A stretch of DNA of 53,806 nt. Origin: a virus. The notes under the pieces are model-generated. The model did not search any database and was not told where the DNA came from. It saw only the letters and a program-made list of their open reading frames with translations. Below, one piece after another: positions 6,895 through 16,095 of the stretch; positions within the stretch are counted from its first letter, which is position 1; each line of letters opens with the position of its first letter. The position numbers and the translations under genes were made by a program. The DNA lies in IMG/VR virus record IMGVR_UViG_3300045988_065514; one strand, given 5' to 3'.

Positions 6895-8307
6895 ATGGAC
6901 ACGACAACAGCAGATATTCAGAGAAGGGACATGGACATTACCCAGCTCCACCCGAACCAAGGACAGGTGGAAGGGCTGCCTAAGAACCCACGATTCATAC
7001 GAGACCCGAAATTCAAGAAGCTGGTGAAGAGCATCCAGGACGACCCCGAGATGCTGGAGCTTCGAGAGCTTATCGTTTATGACACCCAGGATGAGCGAGG
7101 ATTCGTCATCATTGGCGGTAACATGAGATACGAAGCCCTGCGCAAGCTGAAATACAAGACAGCCGTCTGCAAGATTCTCCCCCACGACTTCCCGATGGAT
7201 AAGATGCGACGCATCGTCTTGAAGGATAACTCCAGCTTTGGAGAGACGAACTTCGACGACCTCATCAACGATTGGAAGCCAGAGGAGATAGATGCAGCTG
7301 CCATCGACGTACCAGACATTCCCGACCCAGAGGAGGAAGAGGAAGCGAAAGACGATGGCTACGATGTGGCTGGCAACACGCCAAAGAAGGCGACCAGCAG
7401 GACAGGCGACATCTACCAGCTCGGCATGCACCGCCTCATTTGCGGAGACAGCACGAAACAGGAGTTCCTCGATGCCCTCATGGACGGAGAACAGGCAGAC
7501 CTGCTGGTAACTGACCCACCATACAACGTGGACTACCAGGCAAAAGGAAAGATGAAAATCGCCAATGACCACATGGCAGACGAGAACTTCGTGGCTTTTC
7601 TCACCGACACCCTGCAGAATGCCAACGACAGCATGAAGCCAGGGGCAGCCTTCTACATCTGGCATGCGGACAGCCAGGGCTTCAATTTCCGAACAGCCGT
7701 GAAGAACATCGGATGGGAGACACGCCAATGCCTCATCTGGAACAAAAACAGCCTCGTCCTCGGTCGCCGGGACTATCAATGGAAGCATGAGCCCTGCCTG
7801 TACGGATGGAAGGAAGGAGCTGCCCACTACTTCACCAACAAGCGAAACCTCACCACGGTGCTCGAGCAGAAGCTGGACATCGAGAGCATGAGCAAGGCAG
7901 AAATGAAGGACTTGCTCCAGCAGCTATTCGGAGGCGACATACCGACAAGCGTAATAGACTGCGACAAGCCAAAGAAAAACCCTGATCATCCAACCATGAA
8001 GCCTGTACCGCTGATTGGCAAGCTCATCAGCAACAGCAGCAGGGTAAAGGATATCGTCCTCGACATATTCGGAGGCAGCGGAACCACACTCATCGCAGCA
8101 GAACAGCTCGGCAGGTGCTGCCGCATGGTGGAGTTCGAGCCGATATACGTGGACGTCATCATCAAGCGATGGGAGGAGCTCACCCAGCAGAAGGCTGTCC
8201 GCATCGGCAACATTCTGGAGGATAAGCAGCGAGAGGCAAGCACCCTGCTGCCTGCCCAGGAACCAGCCGTCACCAAGACCAAAAAATCGAAGAAGAAGGA
8301 GGAATAA
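6895..8307 (+). CDS. ParB-like nuclease domain fused to a DNA methyltransferase (470 aa)
   Basis: N-terminal ParB-N-like region (LHPNQGQVEGLPKNPRFI..., GGNMRYEALRKL). Methylase motif IV LLVTDPPYNV and SAM motif VLDIFGGSGTT. Confidence 0.85.
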   Translation: MDTTTADIQRRDMDITQLHPNQGQVEGLPKNPRFIRDPKFKKLVKSIQDDPEMLELRELIVYDTQDERGFVIIGGNMRYEALRKLKYKTAVCKILPHDFPMDKMRRIVLKDNSSFGETNFDDLINDWKPEEIDAAAIDVPDIPDPEEEEEAKDDGYDVAGNTPKKATSRTGDIYQLGMHRLICGDSTKQEFLDALMDGEQADLLVTDPPYNVDYQAKGKMKIANDHMADENFVAFLTDTLQNANDSMKPGAAFYIWHADSQGFNFRTAVKNIGWETRQCLIWNKNSLVLGRRDYQWKHEPCLYGWKEGAAHYFTNKRNLTTVLEQKLDIESMSKAEMKDLLQQLFGGDIPTSVIDCDKPKKNPDHPTMKPVPLIGKLISNSSRVKDIVLDIFGGSGTTLIAAEQLGRCCRMVEFEPIYVDVIIKRWEELTQQKAVRIGNILEDKQREASTLLPAQEPAVTKTKKSKKKEE

Positions 8308-8310
8308 GCA

Positions 8311-8775
8311 ATGCCAAGAGGAAAAGAGACAATGACGGAAAGCCAGCTCGCCAACATCGAGAGCCACAAATGGCAGAAGGGACAGAGCGGTAACCCGAAG
8401 GGCAAACCGAAGGACAGGGTCAAGGCTCTCTTGAAGCAGGTGCTCCCAAAGAGCAAGCTGAAGAAGAGCGAAGGACTCACACAGGACGAAATCAACACAA
8501 TCGAGAGAAGCATCCTCGCCATGGAGCTGTCGGACTTGCAGGTATTGGCGAAGGCAGACGAAACGCCAGCCTACGCAAAGACGCTGGCAATGGCTGCCAT
8601 CATCGATATGAAGAACGGCAAGACAACCACCGTGGACAGACTCATGGACAGGCAATACGGCAAACCGCAGCAGAAGGTGGACATCACCACCAACGGCAAA
8701 CAGATCCAGCAGGGGACACCGCTCACCAGGGAGGAGCAAATCGCATATTTGAAGAAGCTGGAGGAGGAGTACTAG
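8311..8775 (+). CDS. terS: Putative terminase small subunit (154 aa)
   Basis: WQKGQSGNPKGKPKD is a DUF5681-like motif. Sits immediately upstream of the large terminase. Confidence 0.5.
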   Translation: MPRGKETMTESQLANIESHKWQKGQSGNPKGKPKDRVKALLKQVLPKSKLKKSEGLTQDEINTIERSILAMELSDLQVLAKADETPAYAKTLAMAAIIDMKNGKTTTVDRLMDRQYGKPQQKVDITTNGKQIQQGTPLTREEQIAYLKKLEEEY

Positions 8776-8776
8776 C

Positions 8777-10231
8777 ATGATGCACGACACCGAACTGCAA
8801 AAGATGTGGGTACTGCAGAACCCCCTCAACTTCACTCGGTACTTCTTCAAGGAGAACGGAGGCAAGCGGTTTATTGTCGGACACCACCACAAGAGAGTAT
8901 GCGATGCGCTGGATAAGGTGCTGAAGGGCGAATGCAACAAGCTCATCATCAACATCGCACCACGATACGGCAAGACCGAGCTGGCGGTTAAGAACTTCAT
9001 CGCCATGGGACTCGCAATCAATCCAGCCTCCAATTTCATACACCTCTCCTACTCCAGCGACCTGGCAGTGGACAACTCCATCGCCATAAAGGACATCGTA
9101 AACAGCGAAGCATACCAGGCGATGTTTGAGACAAGGGTGAAGTATGGAAGCGACACCAAGGCGCAATGGGACACGGAGCAAGGAGGAGGCGTCTATGCAA
9201 CATCCACCCTCGGACAGATAACAGGTTTCGGAGCTGGTGAGGTGGACAGAGTGGACGAGCATGGCAACCCACTGCCCTACCGATTTGCAGGAGCCATCAT
9301 CATCGATGACCCTATCAAGCCAGAGGATGCGCTGAGCGACGTGGTGCGTGAGCGAGTGAACCGACGATTCGAGACCACCATCCGAAACCGAGTCAACAGC
9401 CGAAACACGCCAATCATCATCATCATGCAGCGACTCCATGAGCATGACCTTTGCGGCTACCTCCAGGAGATAGAACCAGACGATTGGACGGTCGTAAGCC
9501 TTCCATGCGTTACCATTGACGAGGACGGACACCGCCAGCCGCTATGGGAATTCAAGCACACCCTGGAGGAGCTGGAGAAGATACGCCTCGCCAACTCCTT
9601 CGTTTACGAGACGCAGTACATGCAGAACCCGACACCAATCGAGGGTCTCATGTATTCCCATTTCAAGACCTACGACACCATGCCGATAGAGGCACACCTG
9701 CCAAGGCGCAAGTGCTACATCGATACAGCGGACACAGGAGCCGACTGGCTCTGCGCCATCTGCTACGAGGAATACGAGAGCGGATGCTACGTGACGGATA
9801 TCGTATTCACCAACAAGAGCATGGAGTACACCGAACCTGCCGTAGCAAGAATGCTGGTGCGGAACCAGACGCAGGAGGTCGTGGTCGAGAGCAACAACGG
9901 AGGTCGAGGATTCAGAAGGAACGTGGAGAAGCTGGTGCGAACCCTTGGCAATTGGGACATGGTCTTCATTGACCTGGCACAGACCGCCAACAAGCAGACC
10001 CGAATCTTCACGAACAGCTCGAAGGTTCAGAACATGGTCTTCTACCCAGAAGGATGGGAAGACCGCTGGACGCATTACGCCAACGCCATGAAGTCATACC
10101 GTAAGGAGGGAGGAAACGAGCATGACGATGCGCCCGACTGCACCACAGGCATCGTGGAGCGTTTCGGATTGTTCACCTCGGCAGAGATTACGGATGAGGA
10201 AGAAGAGGAAATCGAGGACGAAGTTTATTAA
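8777..10231 (+). CDS. terL: Terminase large subunit (484 aa)
   Basis: Walker A-like NIAPRYGKTE, Walker B-like AIIIDDPIKPED, and a C-terminal nuclease-like half with YIDTADTGADW. Position is upstream of the portal. Confidence 0.85.
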   Translation: MMHDTELQKMWVLQNPLNFTRYFFKENGGKRFIVGHHHKRVCDALDKVLKGECNKLIINIAPRYGKTELAVKNFIAMGLAINPASNFIHLSYSSDLAVDNSIAIKDIVNSEAYQAMFETRVKYGSDTKAQWDTEQGGGVYATSTLGQITGFGAGEVDRVDEHGNPLPYRFAGAIIIDDPIKPEDALSDVVRERVNRRFETTIRNRVNSRNTPIIIIMQRLHEHDLCGYLQEIEPDDWTVVSLPCVTIDEDGHRQPLWEFKHTLEELEKIRLANSFVYETQYMQNPTPIEGLMYSHFKTYDTMPIEAHLPRRKCYIDTADTGADWLCAICYEEYESGCYVTDIVFTNKSMEYTEPAVARMLVRNQTQEVVVESNNGGRGFRRNVEKLVRTLGNWDMVFIDLAQTANKQTRIFTNSSKVQNMVFYPEGWEDRWTHYANAMKSYRKEGGNEHDDAPDCTTGIVERFGLFTSAEITDEEEEEIEDEVY

Positions 10232-10255
10232 TTTAAAAACATAGGAGACAAAGCA

Positions 10256-11677
10256 ATGCCAGACATTAGAGAAATTATCGATAGAGAGAACAGACAGCCA
10301 GGAGCGATCATCGAGGACTTGCGACAGAAGAACATCGAAGTCATCCCATGGAAGCTGCTCGAAAAGGAGTACAACCCCAAGCTGCACCCTGTTTACACAG
10401 ACAAGAACTACAGAGACAAGACACGCAGAGGCAAGACCGAGCGCATGACAAGAGTGACATACAACATTCAGAAGCTGGCGGTGAAGCGCATGAAGGAGCT
10501 GATGTTCACAATCCCCGTCAACCGCAAATACACCACTGCGGATGACGACGAGAAGAAGGCAGCAGCCATCATGGAGGCGATTTTTCAGAAGAACCGAATT
10601 AACGCCTTGAACCTTAAGCGTTCCCATAAACTCTTTGCGAGCTGCGAGATGGTCACCATTTGGTACGCCCAGCTGCAGGACACCACATACGCAGGCTACC
10701 CAAGCAAGCTGAAACTGCGCTGCCGCACCTTCTCGCCATTGGACGGAGACATCTTGTACCCACTATTCGACGAATACGACGACATGATAGCACTCAGCGT
10801 CCAATACACCAGGAAGAAAGGAAACGACACCGTAACCTACTTCGATACCTACACCGATGAGTTCCACTTCCGCTGGATCAACATGAACAGCAACGGATGG
10901 AAGGAAGACATCGTACCAGAGCCTATCAATATCAAAAAGATAGCAGGCATCTACATACACCGAGACCTCCCGATCTGGGAAGACCAGAGCGACAACGGCT
11001 ACGAGCTTGAATGGACGGAGAGCAGAGCTGGCAACTATCTCCGCAAGAACAGCCGACCGACATGGGTCATCTATTCGGACAGCCAGAAGGTGACCGCTCC
11101 AAAAAACAAAAAGCAGGAGCCAACCGACGACAACGCAGGGCGCAACGTCCTCCGATACGGCAAGGGAGACAAGGCTGGGTACGCAACCTGGAGCCAGGCT
11201 ACCGATGCACAGAAGCTATTCACGGAAGAGCTGAGACGCAATATCCACACCAGCCTCCAGCTGCCAGACATGAGCATGGAGCAGATGAAAGCCACCCCGA
11301 TGAGCGGAGAGGCACGCAAGATGCTCTTCATCGATTGCCAGATGAAGGTCACGGATGAAAGCGGAGATTGGCTGGAGTTCTTCGACAGAGAGGTCAACGT
11401 GGTACGAGCTTTCTGCAAGATCATGTACCCAGAGCTGGCACAGGCTTTCGAGACATTGACCGTCACCAACGAGATTACAGCCTTCCAAATCGATGACCGC
11501 AGCCAGGAAATCAAGGACATGAGCGACGCAACAGGAGGAAAACCAATCGTGTCACGGAGAACCGCCATCCGCAGGCTCAAGATGGTACCAGAAGAGGAGG
11601 TCGAGGAGGAAGAGAAGAGAATCGAACAGGAGGAGGCAATGGCAAACGATGCCTTCACCAACGAACCAACCATGTAA
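10256..11677 (+). CDS. Portal protein (473 aa)
   Basis: Size, and position between TerL and the MuF-like head protein. Acidic C-terminus. Confidence 0.7.
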   Translation: MPDIREIIDRENRQPGAIIEDLRQKNIEVIPWKLLEKEYNPKLHPVYTDKNYRDKTRRGKTERMTRVTYNIQKLAVKRMKELMFTIPVNRKYTTADDDEKKAAAIMEAIFQKNRINALNLKRSHKLFASCEMVTIWYAQLQDTTYAGYPSKLKLRCRTFSPLDGDILYPLFDEYDDMIALSVQYTRKKGNDTVTYFDTYTDEFHFRWINMNSNGWKEDIVPEPINIKKIAGIYIHRDLPIWEDQSDNGYELEWTESRAGNYLRKNSRPTWVIYSDSQKVTAPKNKKQEPTDDNAGRNVLRYGKGDKAGYATWSQATDAQKLFTEELRRNIHTSLQLPDMSMEQMKATPMSGEARKMLFIDCQMKVTDESGDWLEFFDREVNVVRAFCKIMYPELAQAFETLTVTNEITAFQIDDRSQEIKDMSDATGGKPIVSRRTAIRRLKMVPEEEVEEEEKRIEQEEAMANDAFTNEPTM

Positions 11678-11688
11678 AGGATTAGAAT

Positions 11689-14298
11689 ATGCCAAAGACG
11701 TTCACCATAGGCACATACGACAAGAAGCACAAGGAGAACCTCGCAAAGAGAGCCAGGAAGGTGCAGCAGCTATACGATGCAGCCATCAAGCGCATCGCAC
11801 AGGCAGCTGCGCCCTCGCTCTTTGATGCCGACACAAAGAAAGAGTTCCACTTCGAGGACTTCCCTGCCTTGAAGAAGGAGATGGAGGCACTCATGCAAGA
11901 CCTCGGAAGCAGCCTCCAAGCCAACATCGAGGACGGAGACCAGGAAAGCTGGACGCTCTCCAACACCAAGAACGACGCAATGGTGGACTCCATCATCGGC
12001 AAGAAGCACCTCCCGAAAAAGGTGGTTCAGGACTGGAAGCACCCACACCTGGAGGCTTTAGACGCATTCATCGCACGCAAGGAAGCAGGAATGAATCTCA
12101 GCCGCAGGGTCTGGAATCTCACCCAGCAGTTCAAGAGCGAAATGGAGCTCGCCCTGGAATTGGGCATGGGCGAAGGAAAGAGTGCTGCCGCTCTGAGCCG
12201 AGATATCAGAAAATACCTTGTCGAGCCAAACAAGCTATTCAGAAGGGTGCGAGACAAGAGCGGAGCTTTGCGCCTCTCCAAGGCTGCTGCCGCATACCAT
12301 CCAGGGCAGGGAGTTTATCGCTCCAGCTACAAGAACGCCCTCCGAATGACAGCGACCGAGAACAACATCGCCTACAGGACGGCAGACCACAACAGATGGC
12401 AGGCTCTCCCTTTCGTTATCGGTATCGAGATCCATATCAGCAACAACCACCCGACGGAGGACATCTGCGACCTATTCGACGGAAAACGCTTTCCAAAGGA
12501 CTTCAAGTTCACAGGATGGCATCCATGGTGCAGATGTTATGCAGTTTCCGTCCTCGCCAGCCAGGAGGAGATGGACGCATACACCACCGCAATCATGAAC
12601 GGAGAGGACGTGAGCCATTGGAAGTTCACAGGGCAGGTGGAGAAAATGCCAAAGGAGTTCAACAAATGGATGAAGGACAACCAGGCAAGAATCGAGAACG
12701 CCACCTCCATGCCCTACTTCATCAAGGACAACTTCAAGGACGGAGATCCTGCCAAGGGACTGCGATGGGAAGGCAAGAAAAAGGCGAAGACAACCCTCGA
12801 AAAAGCAGAAGAAAGACACGCTGCACGAACCCAGCAACAAATAGCAGACATTCAGAAGCGAGCAGAGGAACGCCAGAAGCGACACGCAATGATGAAGCAG
12901 ACAGCACTCGACGCACAGGCAGCAGGAAAGGAAATGCCAGAGATTAGCACAACAGCACTGACAAAAGCGATAAATGAAGGCAACCTCGACAAGATGTTCA
13001 ACCTTGGGCAGAAAGTACAGAAGAAGGTCGAAAAGATGAAACTCGCAGAAGCGAACATGGAAGACCTCATACCTAACGTTCACGAATGGCATAAAAAGCA
13101 TACCATCAAGGAGCTGGAGGCAGCGCACGATGCAATAAAGAAGACATTCGACAGATGGACATGGGACTTCACAACAGACAACTCGCTCCAATTCTTGCAA
13201 GGAAGACTACAGAGAGAAATCGGAATTGTCGCAAGAAGCAGCCACTCAACAAAGGAAGTCGCAAAGGAGGCATTCGAGAACAGGCTAAAACTCGTCAATA
13301 AACGAATAGACATGAAAGCCATTGGTGACTCCATCACGCACGAGCTGGACTTTGCAGGCAAGACAAAGAGCGCAATAGTCAAGAGGCTCGGAAATTGGAT
13401 AAAGGCAACGCTCAACGACAACAATGCAGACCTCGCCAAACTTAGAAGCAAAGCCAAAGAACTACAAGACAAGGTCGGAAAACTTGAAGCACAAGCAGCT
13501 GCCAGAGCAGCGAAAAAGGCAGGCAATGCAACTCATATACAATCGAAGGCTGAAATCATACAAGAGATGAAAGATGCCTTTTTGAAAAGAGGCAAGAAAC
13601 TCACAGATTCAGAAATACAGGTTGAAAACGGATTGTGCATTATCAACGCAGAGCAGCATGAGTTTATGGCAGAACACATGATGAACATCACAAGAGAGCA
13701 ACGCAAACAGATATGGAATCATAGATACGGATACATCCAAACAGGTAGCAGCTTTACAATCAATGGATGCTGCCGAGACATTGCAGGAGCAGGAAAGCAT
13801 GCAATCCATGGAAGTATCATCAACAACCCGAACATCGACAAATGCGCTGATTTATTCGGACGCAAACTCACAGAAGACCAAAAGAGAACAATAATTACAC
13901 TCGATGCTGCCATAGGAAACAATAAGACAGAATTTCCGATGCTCGTCATAAGAAACGTGGATAACAATGCGATAAAAGCCTTATTCAAAGGCATCGACAT
14001 GGATGGCTGCAACGTACCTCAAATTTGCAACAAAATCACGCAAAGCACGACACCAGCCATAACTCCAGACTGCGGCTACCTTTCAGTTTCAACAAACGCA
14101 ACAAAGAACGTCTTCAAAGAAAGACGCTTCCAATTACAACTCGAAATACCAAAGGGAGCACAGATGTACGTTACAGAAAACTACACGGAGAGCGAGTGCA
14201 TTCTTGGACGAGAAACAAAGCTCGCACTTATTTCAGCAAAAGTTGAAACGAGAGGCGGTGAAGACTACGGAATTATTAGATGCAGAGTTATTCCATAG
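11689..14298 (+). CDS. MuF / SPP1 gp7-like minor head protein with a C-terminal ADP-ribosyltransferase-like domain (869 aa)
   Basis: NNHPTEDICD...GWHPWCRCYAVS is the MuF signature. A long Lys/Ala/Glu coiled-coil linker follows. The C-terminus has LVIRN (Arg), YLSVSTNAT (STS-like) and TESECILGRE (ExE), i.e. an R-S-E ART triad. Confidence 0.7.
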   Translation: MPKTFTIGTYDKKHKENLAKRARKVQQLYDAAIKRIAQAAAPSLFDADTKKEFHFEDFPALKKEMEALMQDLGSSLQANIEDGDQESWTLSNTKNDAMVDSIIGKKHLPKKVVQDWKHPHLEALDAFIARKEAGMNLSRRVWNLTQQFKSEMELALELGMGEGKSAAALSRDIRKYLVEPNKLFRRVRDKSGALRLSKAAAAYHPGQGVYRSSYKNALRMTATENNIAYRTADHNRWQALPFVIGIEIHISNNHPTEDICDLFDGKRFPKDFKFTGWHPWCRCYAVSVLASQEEMDAYTTAIMNGEDVSHWKFTGQVEKMPKEFNKWMKDNQARIENATSMPYFIKDNFKDGDPAKGLRWEGKKKAKTTLEKAEERHAARTQQQIADIQKRAEERQKRHAMMKQTALDAQAAGKEMPEISTTALTKAINEGNLDKMFNLGQKVQKKVEKMKLAEANMEDLIPNVHEWHKKHTIKELEAAHDAIKKTFDRWTWDFTTDNSLQFLQGRLQREIGIVARSSHSTKEVAKEAFENRLKLVNKRIDMKAIGDSITHELDFAGKTKSAIVKRLGNWIKATLNDNNADLAKLRSKAKELQDKVGKLEAQAAARAAKKAGNATHIQSKAEIIQEMKDAFLKRGKKLTDSEIQVENGLCIINAEQHEFMAEHMMNITREQRKQIWNHRYGYIQTGSSFTINGCCRDIAGAGKHAIHGSIINNPNIDKCADLFGRKLTEDQKRTIITLDAAIGNNKTEFPMLVIRNVDNNAIKALFKGIDMDGCNVPQICNKITQSTTPAITPDCGYLSVSTNATKNVFKERRFQLQLEIPKGAQMYVTENYTESECILGRETKLALISAKVETRGGEDYGIIRCRVIP

Positions 14299-14304
14299 CA
14301 AAAA

Positions 14305-14338
14305 AATAGGGAAGCGACACACAAGCCTCTTCCCTATT
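14305..14338. terminator. Bidirectional intrinsic terminator
   Basis: aatagggaag / cttccctatt form a 10-bp stem, flanked by an A-run upstream and tttt downstream. Lies between convergent genes. Confidence 0.5.
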
Positions 14339-14549
14339 TTAACTTTTCATCGCATCTACCAATGGCGATGATTTCGCTTTGTTCTTGTGGCTCCAGCACG
14401 GAGCAAGAGCAATCCTCCGCACGATTCAGACAGCCATCACATACGTTCGTGGCAGCTTGAGAATTGGCGTTTCTTCGCCATTCCTCCCACCACTCAGCCG
14501 AATGCCCACCAAAAGAAGGGTCATCCTCAAATGAAAATTTCTTTTTCAT
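14334..14549 (-). CDS. Minus-strand moron: small Cys/Trp-rich protein (71 aa)
   Basis: MKKKFSFEDDPSFGGHSAEWWEEWRRN...CDGCLNRAEDCSC. Has its own TAAATTTG box 17 nt upstream. It is the only minus-strand gene in the structural region. Confidence 0.5.
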   Translation of the reverse strand: MKKKFSFEDDPSFGGHSAEWWEEWRRNANSQAATNVCDGCLNRAEDCSCSVLEPQEQSEIIAIGRCDEKLK

Positions 14550-14566
14550 ACGTTCGGTTTTTGCGG

Positions 14567-14574
14567 CAAATTTA
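14567..14574 (-). promoter_or_regulatory. -7 promoter box TAAATTTG (minus strand)
   Basis: Plus-strand caaattta is TAAATTTG on the minus strand, upstream of ATG 14549. Confidence 0.4.
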
Positions 14575-14642
14575 CGAAAAAAGCACGAAACACCCAAGCG
14601 AAAAAGCGGTTATTTTCCGATTTTAAGGTTAATTCACGTTAA

Positions 14643-14667
14643 AAAGTGATTACCACGTAACCACTTT
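14643..14667. promoter_or_regulatory. Palindrome AAAGTGATTA-N5-TAACCACTTT (operator-like site B)
   Basis: Same 10-5-10 architecture as site A with one mismatch. Lies 15 nt upstream of a TAAATTTG box. Confidence 0.4.
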
Positions 14668-14681
14668 AACAAAAAAAGCCG

Positions 14682-14689
14682 TAAATTTG
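14682..14689 (+). promoter_or_regulatory. -7 promoter box TAAATTTG
   Basis: Matches TAnnTTTG, 38 nt upstream of ATG 14727. Confidence 0.4.
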
Positions 14690-14726
14690 CGCCATTACAA
14701 ATTTGTATAACCAAAACGTAAAATTT

Positions 14727-15458
14727 ATGTTTGAAAAGATTTTAGCAGGACTCAAAACCAAATTTCCAGGGGTTGATTCCAAAATTCTAGAGCGGATAGC
14801 CAAGAAAAAGGCTGAGACGACAACCACGGAGGACGAAGTGAAAACCGTCGTAGATGGGGTGACCTTCCAATCCATCATAGACAGCGAAGGCGACAGACGA
14901 GCTAACGAAGTTCAGAGTTCAGCCATTAGCAACTATGAGAAGAAGTACAAGCTGAAGGATGGCAAGCCTATCGAGCCACCACAGCAAAAACCACCACAGC
15001 CGCCTACACCACCAGCAGGAGGGGAAGACAGCGAGGTGTTGAAGATGCTCAAACAGATCCAGCAGGACAACCAGCAGCTGCGAACCGAAATCAATGGCAT
15101 GAAAACCAAGGAGCTCGGCAACCAGCGCAAGGATAAGTTCAGCGCATTATTTGAAGGAGCATCCGACAAATTGAAGGAACGCTACATGCGAAACTACGAC
15201 CGACTCACCTTCAAGGACGACGAGGACTTCAACGGCTGGCTAGACCAGCAGAAGCCGTTCATCGAGAGCGACATCAAGGAGGAGAAGGCGCAGGGTGCCA
15301 AGACCACACCACCTGTCGGTGGAAAGCGCAAGCCAGGCGAAGAGGCAGACCCAGCGGTCACCGCTTACCTTAATGCAGAGGCAAGCCGAGAGGCACAGAC
15401 GGCATCGCCTGTAATCATCGGACTTGCACAACCAGCGCAGCAGGCACCACAGCAGTAG
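14727..15458 (+). CDS. Putative scaffolding protein (243 aa)
   Basis: First ATG (the track start 14703 is TTG). Charged, helical, Pro/Gln-rich. Positioned before the capsid genes. Confidence 0.5.
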   Translation: MFEKILAGLKTKFPGVDSKILERIAKKKAETTTTEDEVKTVVDGVTFQSIIDSEGDRRANEVQSSAISNYEKKYKLKDGKPIEPPQQKPPQPPTPPAGGEDSEVLKMLKQIQQDNQQLRTEINGMKTKELGNQRKDKFSALFEGASDKLKERYMRNYDRLTFKDDEDFNGWLDQQKPFIESDIKEEKAQGAKTTPPVGGKRKPGEEADPAVTAYLNAEASREAQTASPVIIGLAQPAQQAPQQ

Positions 15459-15488
15459 CCAAGTTAAACTTTTAAAAGGGAAAAAGCC

Positions 15489-16067
15489 ATGAACAGAATG
15501 TTCAAGCACCAGGACGCAGCTCCAGCCGACCCTATCATCTTCGAGACAATCGTATCGGAGAAGCCAGGAGGTGGACTCGTCAAGAACCCAGAGTTCGATT
15601 TGAAGCCAGGTCTCGCAATGGGACAGGACGCAAGCGGACTCTACGTCCCAATCAAGGGATACCGCCTCGTAACAGAGTGCAAAGAAGCTGACACCACTAT
15701 CAAGATTGCCAAGGGTAGCGGTATCAAGAAGGGAGACGTAATCGCCCACGGCAAGGTGGGTGTCGCCTGCACAGAGGTCGACACCACAACCAGCGACGAT
15801 TACGATGTTGTAACCGTGACGATGGGCGTGGCAATCGCCCAGGACACCGTCCTCTACCAGGCAGCCAGCGCAGCGGACGGAAGCAAAGCAGAGGCTGCAC
15901 CAATCCACAAGCCAGAATACATTCTCGGCAATTTCATGGGCAACCTTGGCAAGGCTGGAGAGGGTGACTTCGAGGCTCGACTGATTAGAGCCGCAAGCCT
16001 TCGCAAGGAGACAGCACCTGTCGCTGCCGAAATCGTGGATTTGATGAAGGGCATCACGCTCGATTAA
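15489..16067 (+). CDS. Possible head decoration or capsid accessory protein (192 aa)
   Basis: Position between scaffold and major capsid, as in the lambda D/E arrangement. No motif recognised. Confidence 0.3.
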   Translation: MNRMFKHQDAAPADPIIFETIVSEKPGGGLVKNPEFDLKPGLAMGQDASGLYVPIKGYRLVTECKEADTTIKIAKGSGIKKGDVIAHGKVGVACTEVDTTTSDDYDVVTVTMGVAIAQDTVLYQAASAADGSKAEAAPIHKPEYILGNFMGNLGKAGEGDFEARLIRAASLRKETAPVAAEIVDLMKGITLD

Positions 16068-16095
16068 TTAATTAACACAAAGGAGAAAAGAAACA

